Assembly: GCA_044356295.1 (NCBI GenBank)
Contig: JBIKWN010000053.1
Coordinates: forward strand, 1-17,241
Length of the DNA: 17,241 bases
Reading direction: 5' to 3'
From: Bdellovibrionota bacterium
GTDB lineage: Bacteria > Bdellovibrionota_C > UBA2361 > JBIKWN01
A program made the translations under genes and the position numbers. Below are positions 1 through 8,455 of this stretch, in pieces. The notes under the pieces are model-generated. The model did not search any database, was not told the origin of the DNA, and worked only from the letters and a program-made list of their open reading frames with translations. The stretch's first letter is position 1. Each line of letters begins with the position of its first letter.

Positions 1-2
1 GA

Positions 3-467
3 GAAATTAAATTAAAACACCATACTCCAATTATTTTCCTTACCGCGATGAACTCAGCCGAGTATCGACTTGAAGGCTTTGAGATTGGTTGTGATGACTA
101 TATTCCTAAGCCGTTTCACCTTAAAGAATTACTTCTTCGAATTGCAAAAGTCTTTGAAGGCAGACTAGAACAAAAAACCAAACGAGCCTCTGGTATGGTG
201 CTTCATGCTGAAAGTTACTCAATAGTACTTCCAGATGGCCGAACTGCGGAGCTTTCTCAACGTGATTTTGAGCTGCTTTCTTTTTTAATTGAAGTCTCGC
301 CTCGAGCAGTCGCGCGCCAAGAAATTTTGCAACATATTTTCTGTAGCGATGCACAAACCAACAGAACGGTTGATAATAGTATTGTACGTATTCGGACTAC
401 CCTTGGTACATTTGGTGAGGGCAAACTTCGCTCAGTTAGAGGAGTTGGTTATCAATGGCTAGTATAA
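3..467 (+). CDS. OmpR/PhoB-family DNA-binding response regulator (5'-truncated by the window edge)
   Basis: The frame is open upstream of ATG48 to the window start (EIKLKHHTPIIFLTA|MNS). Receiver C-terminal motifs PIIFLTA and G.DDYIPKPF are present, as are winged-helix motifs LSQRDFELL, R.EIL, RTVD..IVRIR and SVRGVGY. Confidence 0.93.
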   Translation, partial: EIKLKHHTPIIFLTAMNSAEYRLEGFEIGCDDYIPKPFHLKELLLRIAKVFEGRLEQKTKRASGMVLHAESYSIVLPDGRTAELSQRDFELLSFLIEVSPRAVARQEILQHIFCSDAQTNRTVDNSIVRIRTTLGTFGEGKLRSVRGVGYQWLV

Positions 468-1642
468 TACCCAATCTGTGTTCGATTATCATTCCGGTCT
501 ATAATCAAGTTCAATATACTAAGCAGTGTATTCAAAGCATCATCCATTATGCTTCTGCAGTTTCGTTAGAAATTATTGTAGTCGACAACGGTTCTACCGA
601 TGAGACCCAAGTAACTTTTTCGTCGTTTACCAATCCGGATATTTCATTTAAGTATTTTCGGTTCAATGAAAATCAAGGTTTTGTTGCCGCATGTAATCAA
701 GGAGCAACTATTGCTACAGGAGAAACACTTTGCTTTCTCAATAACGATACCATTGTGACAAGTGGTTGGTTGGAAGAGCTCCATCTTCACCTAACTGATT
801 CAATTGGTATAGTTGGTCCAAAACTTGTGTATCCAAGAACTGATGATATTAATCATGCAGGATATGGATTTTTGAAAGAGGGACAGAAATTTGTTCCTCT
901 TTTTTCTTCACTTGATGCATCTCTTCCTGAACTCCAAAAGGATCGTTCCTGTGTTGCTTTACTTGGAGCATGTATATTGCTTCGTGCAGATATTTTTAAG
1001 TCAGTAGGCGGATTTGATGATTTTGGTCTCGAAGATATAGACCTTTGTTTAAAACTTAAACTTCGTGGATTTGATATAGCGTATCGCCCAGGTTGTAAGG
1101 TTTTTCACTATGGTTCAGTTACATTTAGGTCGACAGATATATCTGGATCCTTGGCTCGGTCGAGTACTGAGTTTCGAAGTCGTTGGGATTTAACTCAGCT
1201 CGAGGATGATTTTACGAGGATAAATGCAGACGTTGGATTTTCTTGTAATGTTATCAGTTCTACTGAACTCAGCTATACGCATAGAGACGATCCTGGCTAT
1301 GAAATATATAGTATAACAAATCAAGTATTGGAGCGTGGAGATGTTGATGCGGCTAGCAGTATGCTTAAAGAACGAATTGGTGAGTCCCTGCATAACAAAC
1401 GATTACTCGTCCTTCAAGTTAATTTAAGTTTGATTCAGAAAGATTTTAATTTTGGAATTGAAGTATTACAAAAATTACTTCAGCTACGACCACGCTACCT
1501 TGACGGTTATTTTGTGCTTGCAAGACTTGCACAGTTAACAGGGCAGCATGGGCTACTTCAAGATACAATTAATTCTATTCCAAAGGATGAGTTTTTGCCC
1601 TTTGATTTGTTAGCTGATCTGAGAACTCTTTATTCGGTGTAG
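455..1642 (+). CDS. Family 2 glycosyltransferase with C-terminal helical (TPR-like) region
   Basis: GT-A motifs SIIIPVYN, IIVVDNGSTD, N.GF..ACNQG, FLNNDT, GACILL and EDIDLC. The last ~120 aa form amphipathic helices with a TPR-like pattern (LQKLLQLRPRYLDGYFVLARLA). The start overlaps the regulator's stop by 13 bp. Confidence 0.9.
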   Translation: MASIIPNLCSIIIPVYNQVQYTKQCIQSIIHYASAVSLEIIVVDNGSTDETQVTFSSFTNPDISFKYFRFNENQGFVAACNQGATIATGETLCFLNNDTIVTSGWLEELHLHLTDSIGIVGPKLVYPRTDDINHAGYGFLKEGQKFVPLFSSLDASLPELQKDRSCVALLGACILLRADIFKSVGGFDDFGLEDIDLCLKLKLRGFDIAYRPGCKVFHYGSVTFRSTDISGSLARSSTEFRSRWDLTQLEDDFTRINADVGFSCNVISSTELSYTHRDDPGYEIYSITNQVLERGDVDAASSMLKERIGESLHNKRLLVLQVNLSLIQKDFNFGIEVLQKLLQLRPRYLDGYFVLARLAQLTGQHGLLQDTINSIPKDEFLPFDLLADLRTLYSV

Positions 1643-1659
1643 ATCATTCTATATCTTCT

Positions 1660-1687
1660 GTATCGGACGAGGTACCGAGTACCTTAG
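1660..1687 (-). promoter_or_regulatory. Putative sigma-28 (FliA)-type promoter, antisense to the GT2 gene
   Basis: The minus strand reads cTAAG-N15-TCCGATAC, against the consensus TAAA-N15-GCCGATAA; the spacing is exact. Confidence 0.4.
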
Positions 1688-1810
1688 TTCTACGAATTAT
1701 TCCTATTAATCATTGGATATTTGATTATTTTTTTACAAAATAAGAGACAGACTCTTTAGAAGTTCAATAATTCATTCGAATGTATTTGGGATTAATTCAG
1801 GAAACAGAAC

Positions 1811-2320
1811 ATGACTGATATCCTCTTAGGTATTGCTGCAGTATTACTGATGACGCTACTTGGTTTTTATGTTCGGAGGTATCATGCAAGTGAGCACGCT
1901 AAGATATTCGGTGACTTTCACGGTTTCCAAATGAGAGCCACGATTCTGGCTAGTAAAGTCGGTATTATTGAGCAATATGTTGAAGAGATCTGGCATGAAT
2001 CCCCACAAGGTTTATTTGATAAACTCATAAAACTTCGATCCATCCGAGATGAAACGTTGTCTGCGGTAGAAGTAGTCGGGGCATATATAAAAGAGAAAAA
2101 ATTTGAAGAAGCATCCGTTTTACTTGTTGAACATTTAGAAAATAGTGACTGGGATAAGCGGGGACATCGATTGGTGTTATCGCTCTGCAAAGACTTAACA
2201 CTTGATGCAACTCTTGCTAAAAAAGATCCTGAAAACACTCGTGGGTATAAACGTAAACCGACATTACTAAGCTTGAAGGAAATCGCTGATATGTTACGAG
2301 AAGAGCGTGCCTCTCGGTAG
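1811..2320 (+). CDS. Hypothetical protein with N-terminal transmembrane anchor
   Basis: 169-aa ORF with AGGA upstream; hydrophobic ILLGIAAVLLMTLLGFYV followed by RR; the remainder looks helical with no recognised motif. Confidence 0.75.
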   Translation: MTDILLGIAAVLLMTLLGFYVRRYHASEHAKIFGDFHGFQMRATILASKVGIIEQYVEEIWHESPQGLFDKLIKLRSIRDETLSAVEVVGAYIKEKKFEEASVLLVEHLENSDWDKRGHRLVLSLCKDLTLDATLAKKDPENTRGYKRKPTLLSLKEIADMLREERASR

Positions 2321-2381
2321 TTTTAACTTTCTACAAAATTTTCTTACAAAAAACTCCTCAATACTCTGACATAAATCCTAA

Positions 2382-4355
2382 ATGTTTACCGTTTCTTGTA
2401 CGAACTATATTGCTATGGCTATAGGACGGCGACATGATTTAATAACGAGATGCACAGCACTGCTCTTTGTTCTCTGTTATCTATTGTTTGCTCATTCCTC
2501 ATTTGCTGCCCCAGGAAAAACTTTTGAAAGAGCGATAATAAGCACAAAAAAACCGTATAGTAAGCAGCAGCTCAAAGCAATTCTAGAAAAACTCAATCAC
2601 TTTTCATATAATCTAAAAAAACTCTCTTCATACGCTATTCGAGTAACACCTGCAGTATCTTTGAAACGCGCCGGTCCACGACTTCTTTCTAAAAGATCAA
2701 ACCCTTGTAAAGATCTGGTTATAAAAAGATTATTAAAAAATCGAAAATCACTTTCTTGTTCTGCTGATTATCAAGTTTCTATGAATCTAACTCCTAATGA
2801 TCCATTACTTGGTTATCAATGGGGGGCCGATAATACTATTGATACTGATATTAACCTTCCTGAAGCGTGGAATATTTCTACAGGTGCATCAACTGTTGTT
2901 GTTGGGGTTATCGATACGGGTATTAAATACGATCATGCTGATTTGTATCAAAATATATGGGTTAATCCTAATGAGATAGCTGGTAACGGTATTGATGATG
3001 ATACAAATGGAATTATTGATGATGTGTATGGCCTGAACGCAATTACCAATACTGGCGTTCCGTTTGATGATAATGGACACGGAACCCATGTTGCAGGAAT
3101 TATTGGTGGGAGTGGCAATAATGGAATTGGTGTCGCAGGAGTCAACTGGTCAGTTAAAATGATCCCTTGTAAATTTTTAGGATCAAATGGAAGTGGTGCA
3201 ATTGCTGATGCTGTTCAGTGTTTAGATTACTTAACTGACTTAAAAAATAATAGAAATATAAATATCATTGCGTCGAATAACTCTTGGGGATTAACAACAG
3301 CAAGCAGCGCCTTGAGCCAAGCAATTGACCGTGCAAATACTGCTGGAATTCTTTTTATCGGTGCTGCTGGAAATGATGGAATCGATATTTCATCTGGCGG
3401 AAGTTATCCATCTTTTTACAATACTGCCAATATGATCTCGGTGGCATCGACTGGGCGGTCGGGTGCACTTTCAAGTTTTTCTAATTATAGCTCTACCATT
3501 GTTCATATCGCTGCACCGGGAGCAGGTATTCGAAGTACTTGGTATAACGGAGGGTATGCGTTAAGTAGTGGAACGTCTATGGCTGCACCGTATGTGACAG
3601 GAGTAGCAGCTCTTTTAAAAGCAGCTCGTTCAAGTTTGACAGCCTCACAAATTAAAACTGCAATTATTTCTGGAGCATCAACTCGAAGTAACCTATCTGG
3701 ATATACTGCAGGTGGCGGATTACTGCTTGATGCAATGGGTGCAATGACAGCTGCCACTATAGCCACTCCAACTCCAACAATTACCAATACACCAACAGTG
3801 ACACCGACATTTACAAATACACCGACACCAACGGTAACTCGAACAAGAACGCCAACTCCGACGATTACGAACACCCCTACAATTACCCCCACACCAACTA
3901 ATACAAGAACTCCGACGATAACTCCTACATCGAATCCATCTTTTACAGCAACACCAACACCAACACGAACATCAACTCCTACAGTGACACCGACATCAAC
4001 GAATACTCCAACGGTTACACCAACTCCAACTGCCACTCCATTATTCGGCGTAACGATTGCTCCAAAAACAAGTCTTCAACCTGGAGGAACATTACGATTT
4101 AATAATGTTGGGGCAGGAACACTCAGAATTAGATTTCAAGGAACACTTTGTGGCACTGTTTCTGTAAGAAGTAATTCGGTAAGAGGAATTTATCCACTGT
4201 TTGCTTCAAGACAAATAAGAAATATAGATGCTTCAATTACAGTTGGTTCAACAACGTATAATGCTGAAACAGCTTCTGTTACTTCTCGAAGGGGAGGTGG
4301 GCTATCAATAGCAGCAACTTGCGCAAGATTTATGGCTTCCTTACGACAGTACTAA
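2382..4355 (+). CDS. Secreted subtilisin-like S8 serine peptidase with Thr/Pro-rich linker and C-terminal domain of unknown function (alternative start ATG 2415)
   Basis: Signal peptide ([16 protein letters not shown]). Catalytic triad motifs [15 protein letters not shown] and GTSMAAP; oxyanion motif AAGN; Ca-loop-like [13 protein letters not shown]. Confidence 0.95.
   Translation: MFTVSCTNYIAMAIGRRHDLITRCTALLFVLCYLLFAHSSFAAPGKTFERAIISTKKPYSKQQLKAILEKLNHFSYNLKKLSSYAIRVTPAVSLKRAGPRLLSKRSNPCKDLVIKRLLKNRKSLSCSADYQVSMNLTPNDPLLGYQWGADNTIDTDINLPEAWNISTGASTVVVGVIDTGIKYDHADLYQNIWVNPNEIAGNGIDDDTNGIIDDVYGLNAITNTGVPFDDNGHGTHVAGIIGGSGNNGIGVAGVNWSVKMIPCKFLGSNGSGAIADAVQCLDYLTDLKNNRNINIIASNNSWGLTTASSALSQAIDRANTAGILFIGAAGNDGIDISSGGSYPSFYNTANMISVASTGRSGALSSFSNYSSTIVHIAAPGAGIRSTWYNGGYALSSGTSMAAPYVTGVAALLKAARSSLTASQIKTAIISGASTRSNLSGYTAGGGLLLDAMGAMTAATIATPTPTITNTPTVTPTFTNTPTPTVTRTRTPTPTITNTPTITPTPTNTRTPTITPTSNPSFTATPTPTRTSTPTVTPTSTNTPTVTPTPTATPLFGVTIAPKTSLQPGGTLRFNNVGAGTLRIRFQGTLCGTVSVRSNSVRGIYPLFASRQIRNIDASITVGSTTYNAETASVTSRRGGGLSIAATCARFMASLRQY
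3756..4040 (+). repeat. Thr-X (mostly Thr-Pro) low-complexity coding repeat, ~95 aa
   Basis: [33 protein letters not shown]...TPTATP. Thr occupies nearly every second position and the codons are diverged, so this is not a perfect DNA repeat. Confidence 0.9.
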
Positions 4356-4377
4356 CTGACAGTGAGCAAAAAGCCTT

Positions 4378-4406
4378 TTTACTCCTTTCCTCTAAAGCGC
4401 TATTCT
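4378..4406 (+). promoter_or_regulatory. Putative sigma-70 promoter (probably leaderless) for the MBL-coaBC operon
   Basis: TTTACT(4378-4383)-N17-TATTCT(4401-4406), 6 nt before the GTG at 4413; no Shine-Dalgarno. Confidence 0.45.
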
Positions 4407-4412
4407 TAGTCT

Positions 4413-5048
4413 GTGACTATTGAAATTGCCCTATTAACCTTAACTCCAATACAACAGAATACACGTGTCGTAATTTCAGGTAGCACTGCATTGGTTATCG
4501 ATCCGGCAGGAGAAGGTCATAAAATTATAAAATTTTTAGACGATCGGTCATTAACTTTGACACAAGTATGGCTGACTCATTCACATCTAGACCACTGTGG
4601 AGGAGTGCAAGACCTTCTAGCCAAGTTCCCAAATGCAAAATTGTACGGGCACCCTGAAGAGAAATTTTTTAGGCAAAACGTAGAAAATATCTGTGTCAAC
4701 TACGGGATACCCCATGGAATCATGAAAAACTGCCCAGAACCGACAGACTATATAATAGGAGGCGAAAAACTAGAGTTTGGTGGGCTAGAATTCGAATCTA
4801 TTTATACTCCAGGGCATTCACCAGGGCACATTTCATTCTATCAGGGGTATTCCGGAGTCCTTTTCGCCGGTGATACACTATTTGCGGGCTCAATCGGTAG
4901 AACTGATTTGCCAGGAGGAGACCATGATCTGCTCATTCGTATGATTAAAGAAAAGATTTTAACATTGCCTGACAATACTAAAGTTTTATCGGGGCATGGT
5001 CCTGATACAACAGTAGGGCGAGAAAAAAACGGAAACCCATTTTTATGA
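4413..5048 (+). CDS. Metallo-beta-lactamase-fold hydrolase (glyoxalase II / YcbL-like)
   Basis: Motifs THSHLDH, TPGHSPGH, FAGDTLF.GSIGRTD and GHG.DT; GTG start; ends NPFL. Confidence 0.93.
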   Translation: MTIEIALLTLTPIQQNTRVVISGSTALVIDPAGEGHKIIKFLDDRSLTLTQVWLTHSHLDHCGGVQDLLAKFPNAKLYGHPEEKFFRQNVENICVNYGIPHGIMKNCPEPTDYIIGGEKLEFGGLEFESIYTPGHSPGHISFYQGYSGVLFAGDTLFAGSIGRTDLPGGDHDLLIRMIKEKILTLPDNTKVLSGHGPDTTVGREKNGNPFL

Positions 5049-6259
5049 CTGCATCAGAAAAACGAAATGTACTGTTAGGAGTTACAGGTTCAATCGCTGC
5101 TTATAAAGCAGTAGAATTTGCACGTCTTTTAGTTTCACGCGGATACGATGTGAGGGTAATTATGTCATCTTCTGCTCAAAAATTTGTAACTGCTCTTACA
5201 TTTCAATCAGTAACTGGTAAGGCGGTCATGACTGATCTTTGGGATTCAAATTCAGTTGAAAATATCGAGCACATTGAAATTGCTGATTGGGCTGATGTTT
5301 TTGTGATTGCTCCTGCAACAGCGGATGTTATTGCAAAAATTGCTCTTGGTACCGCCGATTCGCCAATTCTTGCAGCAGCACTTGCAACGAAAGCTCCTAT
5401 AGTGCTTGCTCCTGCAATGAATGTGAATATGTATGAACATCCTGCAACTCAAGAAAATATTACAAAACTTAAATCACGGGGTGTTTCGTTTGTAGATCCA
5501 GAAGAGGGGGCTCTTGCCTGTGGATGGAATGGAGCAGGGCGGCTAGCGGATATTTGGGATATTTTCTATCAAACACGTCGAGCACTGACGAGTCATGATT
5601 TAAAAGGTAAAAGAGTCCTTATTACTACTGGTCCTACACGAGAGCCGATTGATCCAGTACGATTTATTTCAAACCGATCATCCGGAAAAATGGGATCTGC
5701 AATTGCTCGGGAAGCTTTTTGTAGGGGTGCTGATGTTACTGTCATTCATGGGCCTGTTAAAAAACTAGAGCTACCAACTACAATTAAATCTATGTCAGTA
5801 GTTACTGCTCAAGAGATGCATGATGCGGTTCTTACACAAGCGTTTCGAAAAGAGGATCCATTTGATTTCGTGATAATGGTTGCAGCGGTTGCTGATTTTA
5901 GACCAGCGGATGCTGCGGATCATAAGATTAAAAAAGCATCTGCAGCTGATTCGATTCAAATGGTTTCTAATCCCGATATTTTAGAATCCCTAGGTAAAAA
6001 ACGTGGTACCGAAACGAAACCAACGTTAGTAGGCTTCGCAGTCGAAACTGGTGAGCATGAGGAGTTAATGTCAGAGCTACGTAGAAAACTTGAAACAAAA
6101 TCAATTGATCTTATCGTAGGAAATCTTGCAGACGATGCATTTGATCTAGATACAAATCGTGCATGGCTTGTGAATAAGAATGGTAAACAAGAAGAGATCT
6201 CTGCGACCTTTAAATGGCGTGTGGCAAATAAAATCTTAGATGCGGCTCTGAAAGTGTAA
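5045..6259 (+). CDS. coaBC: Bifunctional phosphopantothenoylcysteine decarboxylase / phosphopantothenate-cysteine ligase
   Basis: Motifs GVTGSIAAYK, EHI, APATAD, PAMNVNM, G.LACG..G.GR, ITTGPTREPIDPVRFISNRSSGKMG, AAVADF, NPDIL and GFAVE. ATGA overlap with the upstream gene. Confidence 0.97.
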   Translation: MTASEKRNVLLGVTGSIAAYKAVEFARLLVSRGYDVRVIMSSSAQKFVTALTFQSVTGKAVMTDLWDSNSVENIEHIEIADWADVFVIAPATADVIAKIALGTADSPILAAALATKAPIVLAPAMNVNMYEHPATQENITKLKSRGVSFVDPEEGALACGWNGAGRLADIWDIFYQTRRALTSHDLKGKRVLITTGPTREPIDPVRFISNRSSGKMGSAIAREAFCRGADVTVIHGPVKKLELPTTIKSMSVVTAQEMHDAVLTQAFRKEDPFDFVIMVAAVADFRPADAADHKIKKASAADSIQMVSNPDILESLGKKRGTETKPTLVGFAVETGEHEELMSELRRKLETKSIDLIVGNLADDAFDLDTNRAWLVNKNGKQEEISATFKWRVANKILDAALKV

Positions 6260-6265
6260 ACAAGT

Positions 6266-6664
6266 ATGGCAGTCAATGAACGTATTCATACCGCAGCACT
6301 GTTAAAAAAACAGTATCCGTTTGGGATTTCAAAGGATGCCCTCCTTAGTGTAGCCCAAGAAACGCCTGTGCCAGTGGTCTTTTATTCTGAAACTGAACTC
6401 TCGCTGCCGGAGCAAGAACTTTTGATGAATGCCGCTATAAAAGGATTAAAACTTCACCCAACTCAGTTTAAAGTAGAGGTTAAGGTGCGCAAGTATCACG
6501 CGATACATTTTATTGTTTGTGGTTTTATATCTGAAGAGCAACGTACGATAAAAAAATTCGAACAGATTTATGAAGCTCCATCAGTTAAAGAGGTTTTATC
6601 TGATATAGAAATGAAAAAAAGTTTTTGGGAACTCATTAAGCCAATAGGAGGCTCTTTAAAATGA
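6266..6664 (+). CDS. Hypothetical protein, possibly a degenerate uracil-DNA-glycosylase-fold or DNA Pol III psi-like protein
   Basis: 132-aa ORF tightly packed between coaBC and the SPFH gene (ATGA overlap). The C-terminal [22 protein letters not shown] resembles the terminal helix of family-4 UDG/HolD. The product call is inference. Confidence 0.6.
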   Translation: MAVNERIHTAALLKKQYPFGISKDALLSVAQETPVPVVFYSETELSLPEQELLMNAAIKGLKLHPTQFKVEVKVRKYHAIHFIVCGFISEEQRTIKKFEQIYEAPSVKEVLSDIEMKKSFWELIKPIGGSLK

Positions 6665-7410
6665 TAGCACAAATTATCGGTATACTTATTGTCCTTTCTG
6701 TCATAGGAAACTTTTGTTTTGTTGTACTTAATGAATATGAGCGGGGCGTATTTTTTCGTCTTGGATCTTTTCAAGGGATCCTCGGTCCAGGGTTGAAATT
6801 TATTATTCCAGGTGTTTATCGACTTGTTCGAGTTGATACACGTACTATAACAATGGATATTCCACCTCAAGATGTTATTACAAGAGATAACATTTCAATA
6901 AAAGTGAATGCAGTTTTGTATTTCCATGTGAGCGATCCGATAAAAGCAATTTTAAAAGTTGAAAATTATCTTTATGCAACAGGGCAGCTCGCTCAAACAA
7001 CACTTCGAAGTGTTTGTGGAGAATTCGAGATGGATGATCTTCTATCGAAACGAGATGAGATAAATCACCGATTACAAACAATCGTCGACACGCAAAGTGA
7101 TCCATGGGGCGTGAAAGTGACTGTAGTCGAAGTAAAACATATTGACCTTCCTCAAGAGATGCAACGTGCAATGGCAAAGCAAGCTGAAGCTGAGCGTGAA
7201 AAACGTGCGAAAATCATCCAAGCTGAAGGTGAATATCTTGCTGCTGAAAAATTAACCCAAGCAGCTGTTATTATGTCTCGTGAATCTTCTGCTTTGCAGC
7301 TTCGGTATCTTGAAACGTTACGAGATATTGCGACTGAAAAAAATTCGACGATTCTTTTCCCTGTTCCAATTGATTTCCTAGAAGCGTTTAAAAAAGTTGT
7401 TAAAAGCTAA
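6661..7410 (+). CDS. SPFH/band-7 (slipin/stomatin-like) membrane protein
   Basis: Motifs [61 protein letters not shown] and [10 protein letters not shown]. Confidence 0.95.
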   Translation: MIAQIIGILIVLSVIGNFCFVVLNEYERGVFFRLGSFQGILGPGLKFIIPGVYRLVRVDTRTITMDIPPQDVITRDNISIKVNAVLYFHVSDPIKAILKVENYLYATGQLAQTTLRSVCGEFEMDDLLSKRDEINHRLQTIVDTQSDPWGVKVTVVEVKHIDLPQEMQRAMAKQAEAEREKRAKIIQAEGEYLAAEKLTQAAVIMSRESSALQLRYLETLRDIATEKNSTILFPVPIDFLEAFKKVVKS

Positions 7411-8455
7411 AGCATTCTCTTATGAACTTACCGATGACCGGATAGCTCAGCGTCCGGTGCATCCACCTGAAGCTGCAAAGCTTTTGGTGTATGGCCGTGC
7501 TGATGGTTCTATACAAGATTCAACGTATGATCAGATAACTTCTTTTGTTCGGCCGAATGATATTTTTGTATTTAATAACTCCAAAGTTATTCCTGCTCGA
7601 TTATTTGGTAAGTTACAAAATACAAATATTGAAATCCTTCTTTTAAAACGTATACAAGATGGTCAATGGCTTTGTCTTGGAAAGCCAATGAAGAAATTCA
7701 TAGCCGGCGCAAAAATTGATTTTGGAGCCGGCCTATCAGGAATAATTAAAGAGCGCACTGGTCAAAAAGAAGTATTAGTTTCTTTTGAAGTTGATGCTTC
7801 TTTGAGTGATCATAACTCTACGATTGATGAAAAAATTTTCGAGATCGGAAATATGCCAATACCACCTTACATTAGAGGTGGGAAAAGTGATGCTCAAGAT
7901 AAATTAGACTACCAAACAATTTTTGCAAGACACGATGGCTCAATTGCTGCTCCAACAGCCAGTCTTCATTTTTCAACTGAACTTAAATCTAAAATGCTTA
8001 ACTTCGGTGCGACTATTGAAGAAGTAACTCTCCATGTTGGAGCCGCAAGTTTTTTACCACTTTGGGATGAAGTTGATGAAACACCAATTGAGCGCCCTGG
8101 TATTGAGCTGTTTAAATACGATTCAAAACTGCTTGAAAAATTAAATGATAGAAAACGTCAAGGCTATCGTGTTATTGCAGTTGGAACAACGGTTGTGCGT
8201 GCACTTGAATCGATGGCGCTTTTTTCAACACAGACTGATTCGTCTACATTACATGAGACAGATTTATTTATAACACCTGGATTTGAATTTAAAGTCTGTG
8301 ATGATCTTGTAACAAATTTCCATCAACCGAAAACGACACATCTTTTATTGGTTGAGGCATTTATGGGGCGAAGTGCTCTGAGCAGTATTTACGAGCATGC
8401 TCTTGATAGTGGTTACCGGTTTCTGAGCTATGGTGATGGGATGATTATAAAATAA
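7397..8455 (+). CDS. queA: S-adenosylmethionine:tRNA ribosyltransferase-isomerase
   Basis: Motifs F.Y.L...[53 protein letters not shown] and [11 protein letters not shown] start overlapping the SPFH stop. Confidence 0.94.
   Translation: MLKAKAFSYELTDDRIAQRPVHPPEAAKLLVYGRADGSIQDSTYDQITSFVRPNDIFVFNNSKVIPARLFGKLQNTNIEILLLKRIQDGQWLCLGKPMKKFIAGAKIDFGAGLSGIIKERTGQKEVLVSFEVDASLSDHNSTIDEKIFEIGNMPIPPYIRGGKSDAQDKLDYQTIFARHDGSIAAPTASLHFSTELKSKMLNFGATIEEVTLHVGAASFLPLWDEVDETPIERPGIELFKYDSKLLEKLNDRKRQGYRVIAVGTTVVRALESMALFSTQTDSSTLHETDLFITPGFEFKVCDDLVTNFHQPKTTHLLLVEAFMGRSALSSIYEHALDSGYRFLSYGDGMIIK

Noticed and set aside
3503..4036. 177-aa Val/Gly-rich minus-strand ORF
   Set aside because: Antisense shadow of the Thr-Pro codons of the S8 linker.
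4364..4390. Terminator after the S8 gene (GAGcAAAAA-gcc-TTTTTaCTC)
   Set aside because: AT-only mismatched stem, no clean U-tract, and it overlaps the putative -35 of the next gene.
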